DNA of 64,000 nt from Paragordius varius. Taxonomy: Eukaryota > Animalia > Nematomorpha. The stretch's first letter is position 1. Each line of letters begins with the position of its first letter. The stretch spans positions 2,542,001 through 2,606,000 of the forward strand of contig OZ176054.1 in NCBI GenBank assembly GCA_964247055.1, given 5' to 3'. Both the position numbers and the translations under genes were made by a program. Below, in pieces: positions 28,260 to 41,000 of the stretch. The notes beneath the pieces are model-generated. The model did no database searches. It had not been told where the DNA came from and worked only from the letters and a program-made list of their open reading frames with translations.

Positions 28260-29525
28260 TTTTTCCGCCATATAGGCAGATAAATACTTATTATGGTTGG
28301 AAAATGTAAATAATTAAATTTAAGAAGCTTTCAGGCTACATTTTACCAGCAAAAACTTGATATATATGATTTTAATATCAGCTGTTCGTTTTCGTGTTAT
28401 GGAGATGTGTCAATTTTGACTCTAGAAGTCACAAAAGCGTAAAAAATATAAGTTTTTTTATGTAATACATGAGAACAATGTTTAGTATTTAAATTTTTAA
28501 CTAAAATAATTTATGAAACTTTATTATTTGCAAAATCGAACTCTGGAAAACTAGTAAACGCAAACGAGGACGGGAGAATGAAGATGTAGCGAAATATTAA
28601 AAGCAGTTTTTTTCGCAAATAGATTAGAAAAATTTTGTGAAAGTGTTAGCGCATACATGGTAAAAACTATATAGAAACCTTTAAGGTTAAACTTGTTCCT
28701 GCCGCTGAATGTTTCTATCATCTTAGATTTACAAATATAAAGGTGTGCTTGCATATTGGTATTTGTATAATACACAATTTATATTTAACACATAATTACA
28801 ACACATTTATTTCCTTTCTGCGATTTTTGGGGTCTTAGGGAAGCCCCTTAAAATCGAATATTTCTAATAGAAACCATTGCAAAAATTTGCAGTTAATGGA
28901 TGCGGAATATAAAATTAGATTCATTTTAAATATCATGTATATTTTATGAATAAACGTAAGGTAAATATTTAATTATTGTGACATAGGTTCATTAGCTAAA
29001 TTTAAATATGCAAAATAAACCACTTCTGTTTATATCAATGTTAACAATCCATTATATTTGGGGTATTTTTTTATCCCAGAGAGGTGAAATATTTTAAAAG
29101 GTAGTAAACCGAATAGAAAGGCTTTCTTAGGATTTTAAGCGCATTATACAATCATTTTTTCGTAAAATTGTATAAAAATCCTTCTCTCAAAAAACGTTTT
29201 CTCGCCATTTTTTTGTTTTATTTTTAATAAATCGCTAATGCTAGGCAAATAAATGCATATTATGGTTAGAAAATGTTATTAATTAACATTTTTAGGCTAC
29301 ATTACGAGCAAAAACTTTATATATATTGTTTTTAAAATCATCTGTTTATGGAGCCGTTTTAATTCTAGAATCTAGAAGTCTCTCAAAACTTGAATAATAC
29401 AAGTTTTCATCTAACATGAGAAAATGTTTGATATAAATTTTGACCGAAACATCAAAATAGTAGTTTATTTAAAAGATTGAGCCCTGGGATAAAAAACTAC
29501 CAATGGCCGCGCGACTAAAAAGTGA
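28260..29525. repeat. Two further copies of the 13450-13990 repeat family (28260-28550 partial; 29040-29525)
   Basis: Both copies share ataaat.c.tattatggtt.gaaaatgt...aggctacatt...agcaaaaactt and ctagaagtc...catgagaa.aatgttt. Confidence 0.55.
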
Positions 29526-30025
29526 AAATGTAGTGAAGTGTTAAATAAAGGCTCTGTTAAAGGGTATTTTATACTATTTTGAGGCATGGTGAATATAGTA
29601 TGGCTTTATAATATTACAAAATACTTTTTCTATCAAATTTGATCTTGCTAAACATTTTTAATTTTAAAATTTGATAAATAATTCGTTCGGTTACAAATAT
29701 ATATTAAATAAAATTGTGCTTTGCAAAACAAAAATTTGTTAGCAGGAACCTTTAAATTAAATTTTGAAAATATATGTTCAACATCATCGCTTTTATATAG
29801 AATAACTTTTAATATATCTTAAAGCGTTAGTTATCATATTGCCCCAAAAAGTGTGAAGTACGCTTTAACAAAATTTTGTAAAACATTAATTTTTAGAAAA
29901 AGTATGGATTTTTTAGTTGATATCAAGATTGGAAATTCATTTTACCGATTTTTAACATTTCGATTCTATTGAGATGTCCAATTATGATATTTTTTTAAAA
30001 AAATATTGAAAGAAACGGTTCAAAT

Positions 30026-31015
30026 TTAACACTTGGATACAACACATCCATTTTAGTCCTTCGATTCAAATTGGGGTAGGTAAATACCGCAGGCCTGTTT
30101 AAAATTAAATTCTTTAAAAAATATGGAAGGAAATGAAACCATGGCAAAATCTTGCGCTTATATAACATTAATAAACCGAAATATATAAAGGATTTTATTC
30201 AAAAATACTTGATATTCCTTATTGTATGCTAAAACCGAAAGGTATTAGTCAAGGTGACATGTGTGCAATAGTAAAATTAAAAATACAAAATAAACCGGTT
30301 ATTCTATCTCTATCAATGTTAGATGTAATTTAAATAAATTAGCTTTAATTTTACCCTTAAAATTAAATGAGGATGATATTTTGCAAAATTTTGTAAAATA
30401 AAAATGGCGTCGAATTAGTTTGACATGGAACTTTTTTTCAAACCAAAATTTTATTTAGAAATTTTGGCATATTTGTATAATTTTATTAGGATAAAAGCAT
30501 ATTAAATTGGGACCGTTTCCTTCAGTAGTTTTTTAAAAATCTTAAATTTAGGTCTGGGGTATTTAGATACCCTAATTTGGATCGAAGTGTGAAATTTTTG
30601 CTCCAATCCTAATAAAAAATATGTAAATAAGCCAAAATATCTAACAAAATGTAGTTTTGACAAATAGATCCGTTTAAAACTCGACGCCTTTATTTTACAA
30701 TATCTTTGCAAAATATCGTATTTATTTGATACTCTAAATTTAAAGCTTAAAATCTAACATTGATCGAAACAGAAAAGGTGGTTAGTTTTTATTAACACAC
30801 ATGTCATGTTGACTAAATTTTTACCTCTTAATAAGTAATATCAATTTTGATTAGATATTTCTATATATTTCGATTCATTAATGTTATATGGAAACTTTTG
30901 CCATGGTTTTGGTTTATTCCATATATTTTGAAATATTCAATTTTAAACACTGCGGATCCAACTACCCTAATTTGAATCAAAGGACTGAAATGAATGTGTT
31001 ATATCCAAGTGTTAA
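30026..31015. mobile_element. TTAA-flanked (piggyBac-like) MITE composite: full copy plus inverted partial copy
   Basis: TTAA|CACTTGGATACAACAC at 30026 and GTGTTATATCCAAGTG|TTAA ending at 31015. The internal end GATCGAAGTG is near 30590. Same family as 25101-25907. Confidence 0.8.
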
Positions 31016-31456
31016 GATAAGAGGTAAATAATTTGGCATTTTCGGAGCGCGCATCTAATAAAATTTTTTATAATATATTTATTGTGGTTTATGTATTTTA
31101 GTCATATTTATTGGAATGAAACACTTTGCTTTCACCAAAAAAATTTGTTTTACTAAATGTTTGTAAACTTTTGCCATGCTCTGATATGGATAATCTATAA
31201 AAGAATATTTTATATCATTGGAAAGGGCCAAAACAAAAAGGATCATATAATCTAGATATATTTTCCATCAAAATTTATGTATTTCATCACGATAACTTTT
31301 ATTCCCACCGATTTTTACGCTGTGTTATAAAAAAACAGCTCAATACTATCAGCGCATTTGTTTATAAATGATAAATTTTTATTTACAAAATAAGCGAGCC
31401 TACACTTTTTGAAAATGTCTAAAACCGACATTATGCATCTTCATAAAAGATATTCA

Positions 31457-32031
31457 TTAACATTTCGATTCAAATTGGGGTATCTAAATACCCCAGACTT
31501 AATATAAATTAATTTATTTAATAAACTACTGAAGGAAACGGTCCCAATTCAAATTTATGCTTCTATCCTGTTAAATATTATATAAATATGCCAAAATATC
31601 TTGATAAAATTTTGTTTTGAAAAAAAAGTTTCACCTCAAACTACTTCGACGCCATTTTTATTTTACAAAAATTTTGCAAAATATCGTCTTCATTTAATTT
31701 AAAACTAAAGCTTATTTTTTATATAAATTGCATCTAACATTGATAGAAATAGAAAAAGTGGTTTATTTTGTATTATTTTTTAATTTTACAATTTGACACA
31801 TGTTACGTTGACTAAATTTTTACCTTTCAGTTTTAGCTCTAAATAAGTAATATCAAGTATTTTTGAATAAAATTTTTTATATATTTCGGTTTATTAATAT
31901 TTATAAGTGCAAAATTTTGCCACGGTTTCGATTCCTTCCATACTTTATAAAGAATTTGATTTTAAACAGGCCTGGGGTATCCAACTACCCCAATTTGAAT
32001 CGACTAAAATGGGTGTGTTGTATCCTGTTAA
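31457..32031. mobile_element. Solo copy (about 570 bp) of the TTAA-flanked MITE
   Basis: TTAA|CATTTCGATTCAAATTGGGGTATC at the left end and GGGTGTGTTGTATCCTG|TTAA at the right end; colinear with 25318-25907. Confidence 0.8.
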
Positions 32032-32080
32032 TAGATTGCATTTTCAAATAACACATGGGGAAAAGAATGTAAAATAAGCA

Positions 32081-34429
32081 ATGGGCGTGAGAGGCTTATC
32101 AACATTTTTAAGAGAATTTTCCGAAGCTTATAATAATTCGTATAAATTATTTAATTGTACTGTTATTATCGATGGATGGAATTTAATTCATTACCTTTAC
32201 AAAAATATTATGCCCAAAAATCTGATATTTTGTGGTGATTATGTATCTTTTGCTGTGATTGTTATTAGATTTTTTTATATATTGTTTAAAAATAAGATAA
32301 TACCACTATTGATATTTGATGGTTGTTCAGATCCCGATGGTCTAAAATCTGAAACAATTATGAAGCGCCATGCAGAATTAAACGCTAAATGCCAAAATCT
32401 AGTTCCTGCAAATTTACCATATATTTGTGAATTTCTTTTTTTAAATATAATGAAAAGTTTGGACATTCCATTTTATCAATCAATATTTGAGGCAGACAAT
32501 GAAATAGCAAGTTTATCTAATCAATTAAAAGCTCCAGTTATCAGTAATGATAGTGACTTTTTTATATTTCCCTTAATGCATGGATTAATTCCTCTTTCGA
32601 GTTTGAATATTGATCAATATTTATATATTCCATATACAATTGATACCGATATTTTATCTATCCCTAAAAAATGTCAATTAACTTGTTCCATCTACCTACA
32701 AACTAGGTTATTTAATGAATATCCCGGTTTACATCCAAAAACATTGGCTGTGTTTGCGCTTGTAAATGGTAATGATATATCTCACAAATATGATTATTCC
32801 TCTTTTGTTAAAATGTTAGAATCTCGAAAATCTTGTACCCGGCACTCAAATAGCGGTCACAAAATATCGGGTTATCTCAAATGGTTTAGTCGATTTCCAT
32901 CCTCGAATGATTGTATAGGTGCAATAGTCGATTCACTTAAAAAAGAGGATAGGGAATCAGCTAAATATCAATTGGATACCTTAATTACCAGTTATGACGT
33001 TCAGGAGATACCAACTGAAAGAGTGCACAACATCCAATCAAAAATTAAGAGTTTTACCAACGCCATGAAAAATCAAAACTTTTTGACCACAAAACTAAAC
33101 GGTTTATGTGAATTATTACGACAATTCCCATCCAATGAATTCATTGAAATTCCACATAGCTTGCCGAGTAAAGAAGAAAAAAATGGTTTACAACCATTAT
33201 CATTCGTAATGCAAAATGAGCAATTTGCTCAACGTGTCTTACAAAATATTGCAACTATTTTAAACATAGAACCATACTGCCTTCCCTCTGACTCCATATT
33301 AAAAGATTTTCCAAATTTCGCGACAACCCTAAATGATTATCAGGCTAAAATTGAATGTATGGACTTTAATTACATTCTGTGTCATTTGTTGATCAAACGA
33401 AAAATTTACCTTTCAATACAAATCGAAAATTTCCGTTTACCCAGTGTACATGATGTATCAGCACCTCTAAGACGCTTAATATATGCTAAACTGTATGAAC
33501 CCATATTCTACGCTCTTGGTATAGATTTCAAAAATCTTAACAGATGTAATAACAGTACATTAACTTTACCAAACTTAATTAATTTGGATATCACGGAAAT
33601 AAAACGTAAAGATAAAAATTTAGTTCAATCTATCATACCCATTACCATAACTGAAGAAGATCTAAATAGTTATAATCATATGAATGCATTGACCCCTTTG
33701 ACATTTAGTCAATTAGTCTTGCCTGAAACGTATGAAAAAATACGATTTTTCCCGGAATCCCTTAAAGTTTTTTGTTTAAGTACCATATATTTTATTCAAG
33801 CTAAAAATACGAATCATAAAACCAATATGGATTACATGGATAAGTTAACTTTCTCATTAGCTATGACTATAACACTCTTAACATTTCCCCTTCTTATTAA
33901 TACTTTTTATGGCATTAAACGAAGCAATGATGAATGTACTACCATAGAAGATTTTCGTGATTTTGCACTTTCCTTCAATAAATACAAGGAAAAAATGTCA
34001 AAACCGCTGAAATTTTTTCCCAATGATTCCACTTACAACACGTATGCAAACATGAGGAGTGGCGTTAATTTGGACATTATTCATTTGTTTGGGGAATGGC
34101 AGAGCTGTTTCCTAGCCATACTGCTGTTAAACCAAGTGTGTGATGGCCCCTTATACACAACCGACTTAATCCTAAGTATCCTGACAACTTTGAATGGCTC
34201 ACTAATGCATAATGTATGTCAACATATATGTAATGAAATCTCTGCTTGTTCTTTGTCTAACAGTTCAAGTTGTCCCCAAATTAATATGGCGCGCAAAATG
34301 GTTGACAAATTTTTTGCCTACATCAATAAACATAAAATTTTTGGGCAAAATATACGACTGCCCGCTACGAGTATCTCGCCAAATATTACAGATTTATTTC
34401 ATATGTGTATCAAAAATTTAATTTTGTAA
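32081..34429 (+). CDS. ASTE1: Asteroid homolog 1 (XPG/PIN-family nuclease), single exon, 782 aa
   Basis: Starts MGVRGLSTF. PIN/XPG acidic motifs IIDG, IFDG, FEADNEIA and VISNDSDFFIF are present, and the C-terminal LDIIHLFGEWQSC...LNQV is typical of Asteroid proteins. Confidence 0.9.
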   Translation: MGVRGLSTFLREFSEAYNNSYKLFNCTVIIDGWNLIHYLYKNIMPKNLIFCGDYVSFAVIVIRFFYILFKNKIIPLLIFDGCSDPDGLKSETIMKRHAELNAKCQNLVPANLPYICEFLFLNIMKSLDIPFYQSIFEADNEIASLSNQLKAPVISNDSDFFIFPLMHGLIPLSSLNIDQYLYIPYTIDTDILSIPKKCQLTCSIYLQTRLFNEYPGLHPKTLAVFALVNGNDISHKYDYSSFVKMLESRKSCTRHSNSGHKISGYLKWFSRFPSSNDCIGAIVDSLKKEDRESAKYQLDTLITSYDVQEIPTERVHNIQSKIKSFTNAMKNQNFLTTKLNGLCELLRQFPSNEFIEIPHSLPSKEEKNGLQPLSFVMQNEQFAQRVLQNIATILNIEPYCLPSDSILKDFPNFATTLNDYQAKIECMDFNYILCHLLIKRKIYLSIQIENFRLPSVHDVSAPLRRLIYAKLYEPIFYALGIDFKNLNRCNNSTLTLPNLINLDITEIKRKDKNLVQSIIPITITEEDLNSYNHMNALTPLTFSQLVLPETYEKIRFFPESLKVFCLSTIYFIQAKNTNHKTNMDYMDKLTFSLAMTITLLTFPLLINTFYGIKRSNDECTTIEDFRDFALSFNKYKEKMSKPLKFFPNDSTYNTYANMRSGVNLDIIHLFGEWQSCFLAILLLNQVCDGPLYTTDLILSILTTLNGSLMHNVCQHICNEISACSLSNSSSCPQINMARKMVDKFFAYINKHKIFGQNIRLPATSISPNITDLFHMCIKNLIL

Positions 34430-35044
34430 AGTAAGCTATTATTTTAGCTGGTATTTATTACGGTATACTTTTTATAGGTTTTGTAAATTGAATAATAAAA
34501 CAAATACACGGTTATAAAAAATATAAATCATGATTCAATATAAATTATAAATATATATATAATATTGATTCCTAAAATATTATTATATTCTAATTCATAA
34601 GCTGGCTTTATAATTATAATAAATCATTCGTATAAAAGTAAAATATTTCAATGATTTTAATTAAAAATAATTAAAAAATTAATTTAAATTAAAATCATCA
34701 CAGTATAAATCTATTGTTTGGTCCTTTGACCATATAAGCGTATATGATATATAGATAAGGCTAAATAAAGATATGAGTTGATCCCATTATTTTATATGGT
34801 TAAGAGAAAAGCTTTAAGATCTAATATATCACATTGATGTAAAGCGAAACATGTATTATGTTTGCATATTTAATTAAAATATAGTTAGCTTACAAAAAAA
34901 ATATTTCAATCATGAATAGTTGTAAAAAGGCTTGGTTATCTATTAAATTTAAATAAATGATTAGATATGTAATTAAAGAGAGCCTATAAATAAACTAAGT
35001 ATAAAACACCACCAATTATAAAAAATATATATATATATAGGATT

Positions 35045-38000
35045 TTAATAATTGGGTATATTAGTTGTTGATGATGATATAGCATCTTTCAATAAAATTG
35101 CGTCCTCATCGATTAACACCATTTCATTCGGTTCATAATGTTCTGCGCTCTTCTTATCAACATTAGATTGTTCATTAGTTGTTAATAAGGTATCAATAAT
35201 GTTTTGAACAAAAACAGTATTTGGGGGAGATCCAGCCAAATATTGTTGAGAGGCGGCTAATATATTTATTATTATAAGATACATTGGAATTAAAATATTA
35301 TTTATGGCTTAACAGATATTAAAATAATGATTTGATAACAAAATTAAAACCTGTCCCAAAACTTCGTATGCTATTGTTTCCATGGCAATCGGAATCATGT
35401 ACATCAAAATTTGATCCCAAAGATTCATGTTTAAGGTTACCAATACTTCCACCTTGATAAAATATTAATTGTTAATGTATATAACTGAAAAGCATATTAT
35501 ACCATTTGTACTTCTAGAATGTCCTTGACTACTTCAAGAATCTCCTTGAACACTTCAAGGTCCTTGATCATTTCAAGTTAGTACTAAAACTATTCAAGTT
35601 TATTTTTTTAACTTTTATCAATCGAATCGTATATCATTCATATGTTTTATTGTTTTTAACCTATTTTCTATTATTTAACATGGATTTTTAATCCTTATCA
35701 ACTTTTAATCAATCAGAAACCGTATATCCTTATTAATTAAATATTATTTTGTATATTTATAAGATTTTAACACGTAATCAAAAAATATAAAAGTTTTCTG
35801 GGTTTATCAACAATTTTTCATTGAAAACCTTAATTAATATTTTTTGGAAAAAAATTAGTTTGAGTGGTTTTTAAAAATATTTTTTTTTAAATGAATAAAA
35901 TATATAATAAATAGAGAAAATTATGTTAAAAAATATGCAAAAATTATGGTTAAATTAAAACGTAAAAAATTTAAAGACTTGAAACCAGGACTAACTTGAA
36001 GTGTTCAAGGACATTGAAGTGTAACTGGTATAACATACTGATTAAATAAGTTAAAATGATATATTTTTTGAATTGCAGAAGACCACAGTTTTTCAGCCAT
36101 TTGGGCTTTTATTCATTATCGAATTCCATTTTAACACTAAATCTAAAATAAAAACTGTCATCTAACTTAAGTATTTTTTTGCTTTAATATAGGTAAATAA
36201 TTTTAAGATTACAAATCAATATATGAATATCCTATAATTAATATCAGGTGTAACCATAAGTTATTACCGGTTGATTATAAAGACGTTAGCAAGTACGCAG
36301 ACGATTGATTTGTTACATCAATATTGTTCATCTATAATTAAACTACAAATCCAGAATTTAAGTCCGCCAAAAACTAGCGCCTTATAATAATTCAGTAAAG
36401 ACATTTGCGGCACATTCTGCCTTCTGATGAAATAGACCGTTGAAAGTTATCAGATGCTGGCGAAAACATATGGTGAACATGCTCTATCGATAGTTTGGCG
36501 CTCTGGTTCACCCCACAAATTAGCTGTCAAGACGCTTAAGTGCAAGAATTATTGAGTGTTGACCTAACTCAAACTTAACAATTGGCAGACGCATTACAAA
36601 TATCAAACAATAAATGAGGTCTACAAGCAATGAGAAAATCAAACTTGAATGGGTCCCACACATTTTGAGGGACGCTAAATCTGAAAATCCTAAAGTAACT
36701 TGTGAAATCCTCCTTGAACCACACGAAAAGAAATCATTTTTGCATCAAATAGGGACAAGATGATCGCTATCACTAATAAACTATCCAAACTTCTTCTCAA
36801 GATTATACTGAAAAGAATCTCATCCTCGCTGGACTATGAAATATCTGAGGTGCAGGCTGGCTTTAGAGCAAAGAGAAACACTACCAATCACATAGTTAAT
36901 CTTAATACAATAATTCAAAGATACAATGAATTTGGGAAAAGTCTATATTGCTGCTTTTTAGACTTCAGTATGGCATTTGATACAGTCAACCACGACTGCC
37001 TATGGAACATATTACGATCCTCCGGAGTTTCCCCGCACATAATACTCCTGCTTCAATCGCTGTATTCTAGACAAACAGCTGCGATTAAAACCCAATTCGG
37101 TCCCACTGACTGGTTTCCTATTCTCAGAGGTGTGAGTCAAGAATGTGTCCTTTCTCCCCTCCTATTTAACTTATACACAGAAACATTAATACGCAATTGT
37201 AACTTTCCACAACATATTGGGGCACGGATCGGTGGTCTTACTATTTGCAATCTCCGGTACGCCGACGACACCATTCTCTTGTCAGAATCCCACACGGACA
37301 TGACCTATCTTTTAAATAATCTCACCATCGAAGCAAGTTTGATGGGTCTTAAGCTGAACCAGGCTAAATCTAAAATAATGATCCTAAACGCTCCACAACT
37401 ACCATTTACAATCAATAACTCCCCCATCGAACTAACCGATCACTGTAAATATCTAGGCTCCATAATTACATCCGACGGTAGCTCGGATCCCGACATACGA
37501 GCACGACTAGCATTGGGACGTGCTACTATGGGTAAACTGTCCAAAATTTGGAACTCGTCGGTCATAAGACTTCCAACCAAACTTGCCATCCCGAAGGCGA
37601 TGATATACCCCGTGGCAATTTATGGGTCCGAATCATGGATATGCAAATCCATTGACAAAGCCAGCATAAACTCTTTTCAAATGTGGTGCTTTCGAAAAAT
37701 ATTGAGAATCTCCTGGAAAGCCCACATCTCCAATTCTTACATACTCAAATTCATTAAACCCGAATTTTTACTTTACGATTTAATAACCTTTAAACAGCTA
37801 AAATATCTGGGTCATATCCTGCGATCCGACTCATTAGAAAAAAGCATACTCTTTGGGTTGGTAGATGGCACCCGCAGAAGGGGCCGACCCAAAAAGCGGT
37901 GGATCGACATGCTTAAATCAATAGCAAATCTAACCTTTCCTCAATTGTTGAGAGAATCACAGGACCGCCTAAAATGGAGAACACTAATCTATGAGAAAGC

Positions 38001-41000
38001 CAAGAGTCAGTATATGACTAGCTTATAACAACAACAGGGTCAAGAAGGAGTTTTATTTGTAAATAAAAAATAGGTTTTACCTTGCCAAGCCGGACCATCA
38101 ACACCAATGCCAAATCGCTTCGGCAGAAGACCGTGTTCTGTGTCACGTGAGACAGATTGTTATATATTATGAATCCTTGACACCCCGTTAAACCGTTAAT
38201 GACCGGAATTGCCCAAAAGACCTTGCACAATGATTGTGCTACATGACACTACCTATCTCACATAGCAAAACCAGTGAAAGACACCCTGAAATCGCTTCGA
38301 TAGGAATATCTTTCGCAACTGAACTCTCCTCACCTTACGCCATCTATCTTTGATCAATGGCGGTAAGGCAAAGCTGTGCTTAATAATTTGGACGATGTTG
38401 AAAATGGCTCTTCTGGCACGGTTCATATATTTTCTGAGAGATCGGCGAAATGTGTACGATATATTTCAATAATAAATAATTTTCTTTTAAAATTACATGT
38501 TTTTTACCGAAACCGGTAAAAACTTATGGATACACCTGGTTTTGGACATTATAAGTGCAAAAGAATACAAATATTTTGCTATTGCTAAAACGGCCCTTAT
38601 AGTATATTTGTTTCTGCAATCTCTTATTTTATTGGGTATAAACTCCTTACAACTATAAAATATGTTTAATAAAGATTGAAGTGTCACTGTTACCAAAATA
38701 ATCCAAATCACTATTCGAGGTAAATGATCCATTTTGTTTTTGTCTCGATTCATGGATAGATTCCAACAACATTTCGGTTAACTTTGACCCGTTTTCTCTT
38801 TTTTCTATAAACGATTATAAAATCTGAACTATAAAATTCTAATCTTGAAAATTGGTTAAAATATCTTAAACTAATCACACATATTTGTAATAAAGCTAAA
38901 GATTTTCATGTGTTTATGAGAATTGTAATATATTTTTTATATAATTTGGTTCTACCTTCAATCATATGGGAAAATGGTTGATGATTAAACCCTTTACTTA
39001 TTCCACCATTTTCGATATAGTTATTGTTAAAATCCGTACCAACATTTTTATTGTTATTGATCAAATTTAAGTGTTCGTTAGAAGCAAGTAACAACATTTC
39101 CAGCTCTAAATCCGTTATACTTCCGTCTGTACAATGCCTTAATTTATTGGTATTATTATTATTATTATAATTGCTGACAAGAGGAAAACCAATATTAGTG
39201 GATGAACAAGCAGAAAATGAGGAGTTACATCGACTCCTAGGTAATGATTTTGTATGAATATTGCGTTGATTCAAAGCTATGCTAAAATCAATGTTTTTCG
39301 AGCGAAAATTTGACATTTGTAAATTATTAGCGTTAGGTTTTTCGGACATTTCTGCTACATTATCCCAGGCCGATGATGGGATAGGGCAAAGGGCCCCGCT
39401 TAATAAACTTACATTCTTGTTTGATGAGTTAATATCTAGATTAAAACTACAACCATAATTATTGTTCGCTGTAGAAATAGAGTAAATTGATGATTTGCTA
39501 TGTTGTGTAAGTGATGAGATCAAAGTTAAATTATTCTTATCGATGCTGCTTCTATCATTTTTCGTCATATCGGGTAAATTAGCATGGCCAAGCCCATTAT
39601 TATCTAAATTCTAAAAAATAAACCAGGAAATATAAGTTTTGTACGCAAAACCTGAAAAAAGTATAAGTTATATAAAATATTTTAATTCTTGCAACTAAAA
39701 CTTTACTTTATTCTTTAATATGAACTGGGCTTTATATCCCAAAAATGGAAACTTTAACCGTTATTTCATTTAATTCACCTACGTTCATCTGGTAAAAACG
39801 CACTACCAATCAATGAATGATATGTTAATTTTGAATATTTACCAATGTAGCTTCTCCATTAATAAAACCACTATCATTATTATTTGTCGCATAAATGTGT
39901 TCACCACACCCTTCAAAAAATGATTCCCCATCTCCTTCGATCAATGACTTTAACCTCAAATCATTTACGTTTTGACACAATGAGCTATTTCTCGATCGGG
40001 TTCCAGTTATAACGGACGCCAATGATTTTTGGCTAAAAGTGTAGAATAAGTTATATTATATGTTTTAGAATTTGAAAAATCTCAAAAAAAACAACATTTT
40101 TTCCAATTTTCAAAATTATTTAATTATATGGCAATGTAAATACTTGAAATTATTATCATGATGAGCTCTTGATTTATTATCTAAACTAGCAGGTGAATTC
40201 AAATTATCCCCACCATGATGTTGATGCGATATGGATTGTTGTTGATTAGATATAATTTGATTAGGGTACAATGGAAAATGATGTACTAGCTTATTCTCCC
40301 CTACATTAAGGGAGCGATGCTGATTCATTTGATTTTGTAGCAATAAAGCCTATAGTTAGGAGATATATGTTTCATAGAAAAAAGATAGACTATTATATTT
40401 TTTTAACTTCTATTTTAAAATCGTTACTAATATTACTTGTTGAAAATATGCTTGTAGATAAGGCATTTCATGATGTCCGTTAACATTTCCCCCATGGCCA
40501 ATGCCAAAATGAAAGGGGAGTTGGTGTGGAGGTAAAGATGCTTCAATATTTGGCTTATTTAATATCGTGTGGTGATCTAAATAATAGGTTAAGTAAGGAT
40601 CATATGTTTAATTTTCAACATTCAATTACATTTGACTTTATTGCTAAATTCTATCCATCACAGACATATTCCTTGTTATTTAAAAACACTCTAAATGTCT
40701 TGTTATAAACTTGGAGACAATAAGTAACGCGCCATAGAATTTGTACAAAAAAGTTGACTATAAGATTGATGCATGAGGCGTCAAACAAAAGATGTGATAT
40801 TTTTACACTGCCTTAAATTGTTGTGCCGATATGTCCGTAAATTAATAATTAAGCCGAACATTCTTAAAATTGTTTATTATTCAAGTTCCGTTTTGTAAAG
40901 AAAATATAATAAACAAATTATCAATTTTCAAAAATTTTATAGATAAAAACGCCTATAAAATTTTATATTTAATATTTATTCACAACTGAGGAATGCATAT

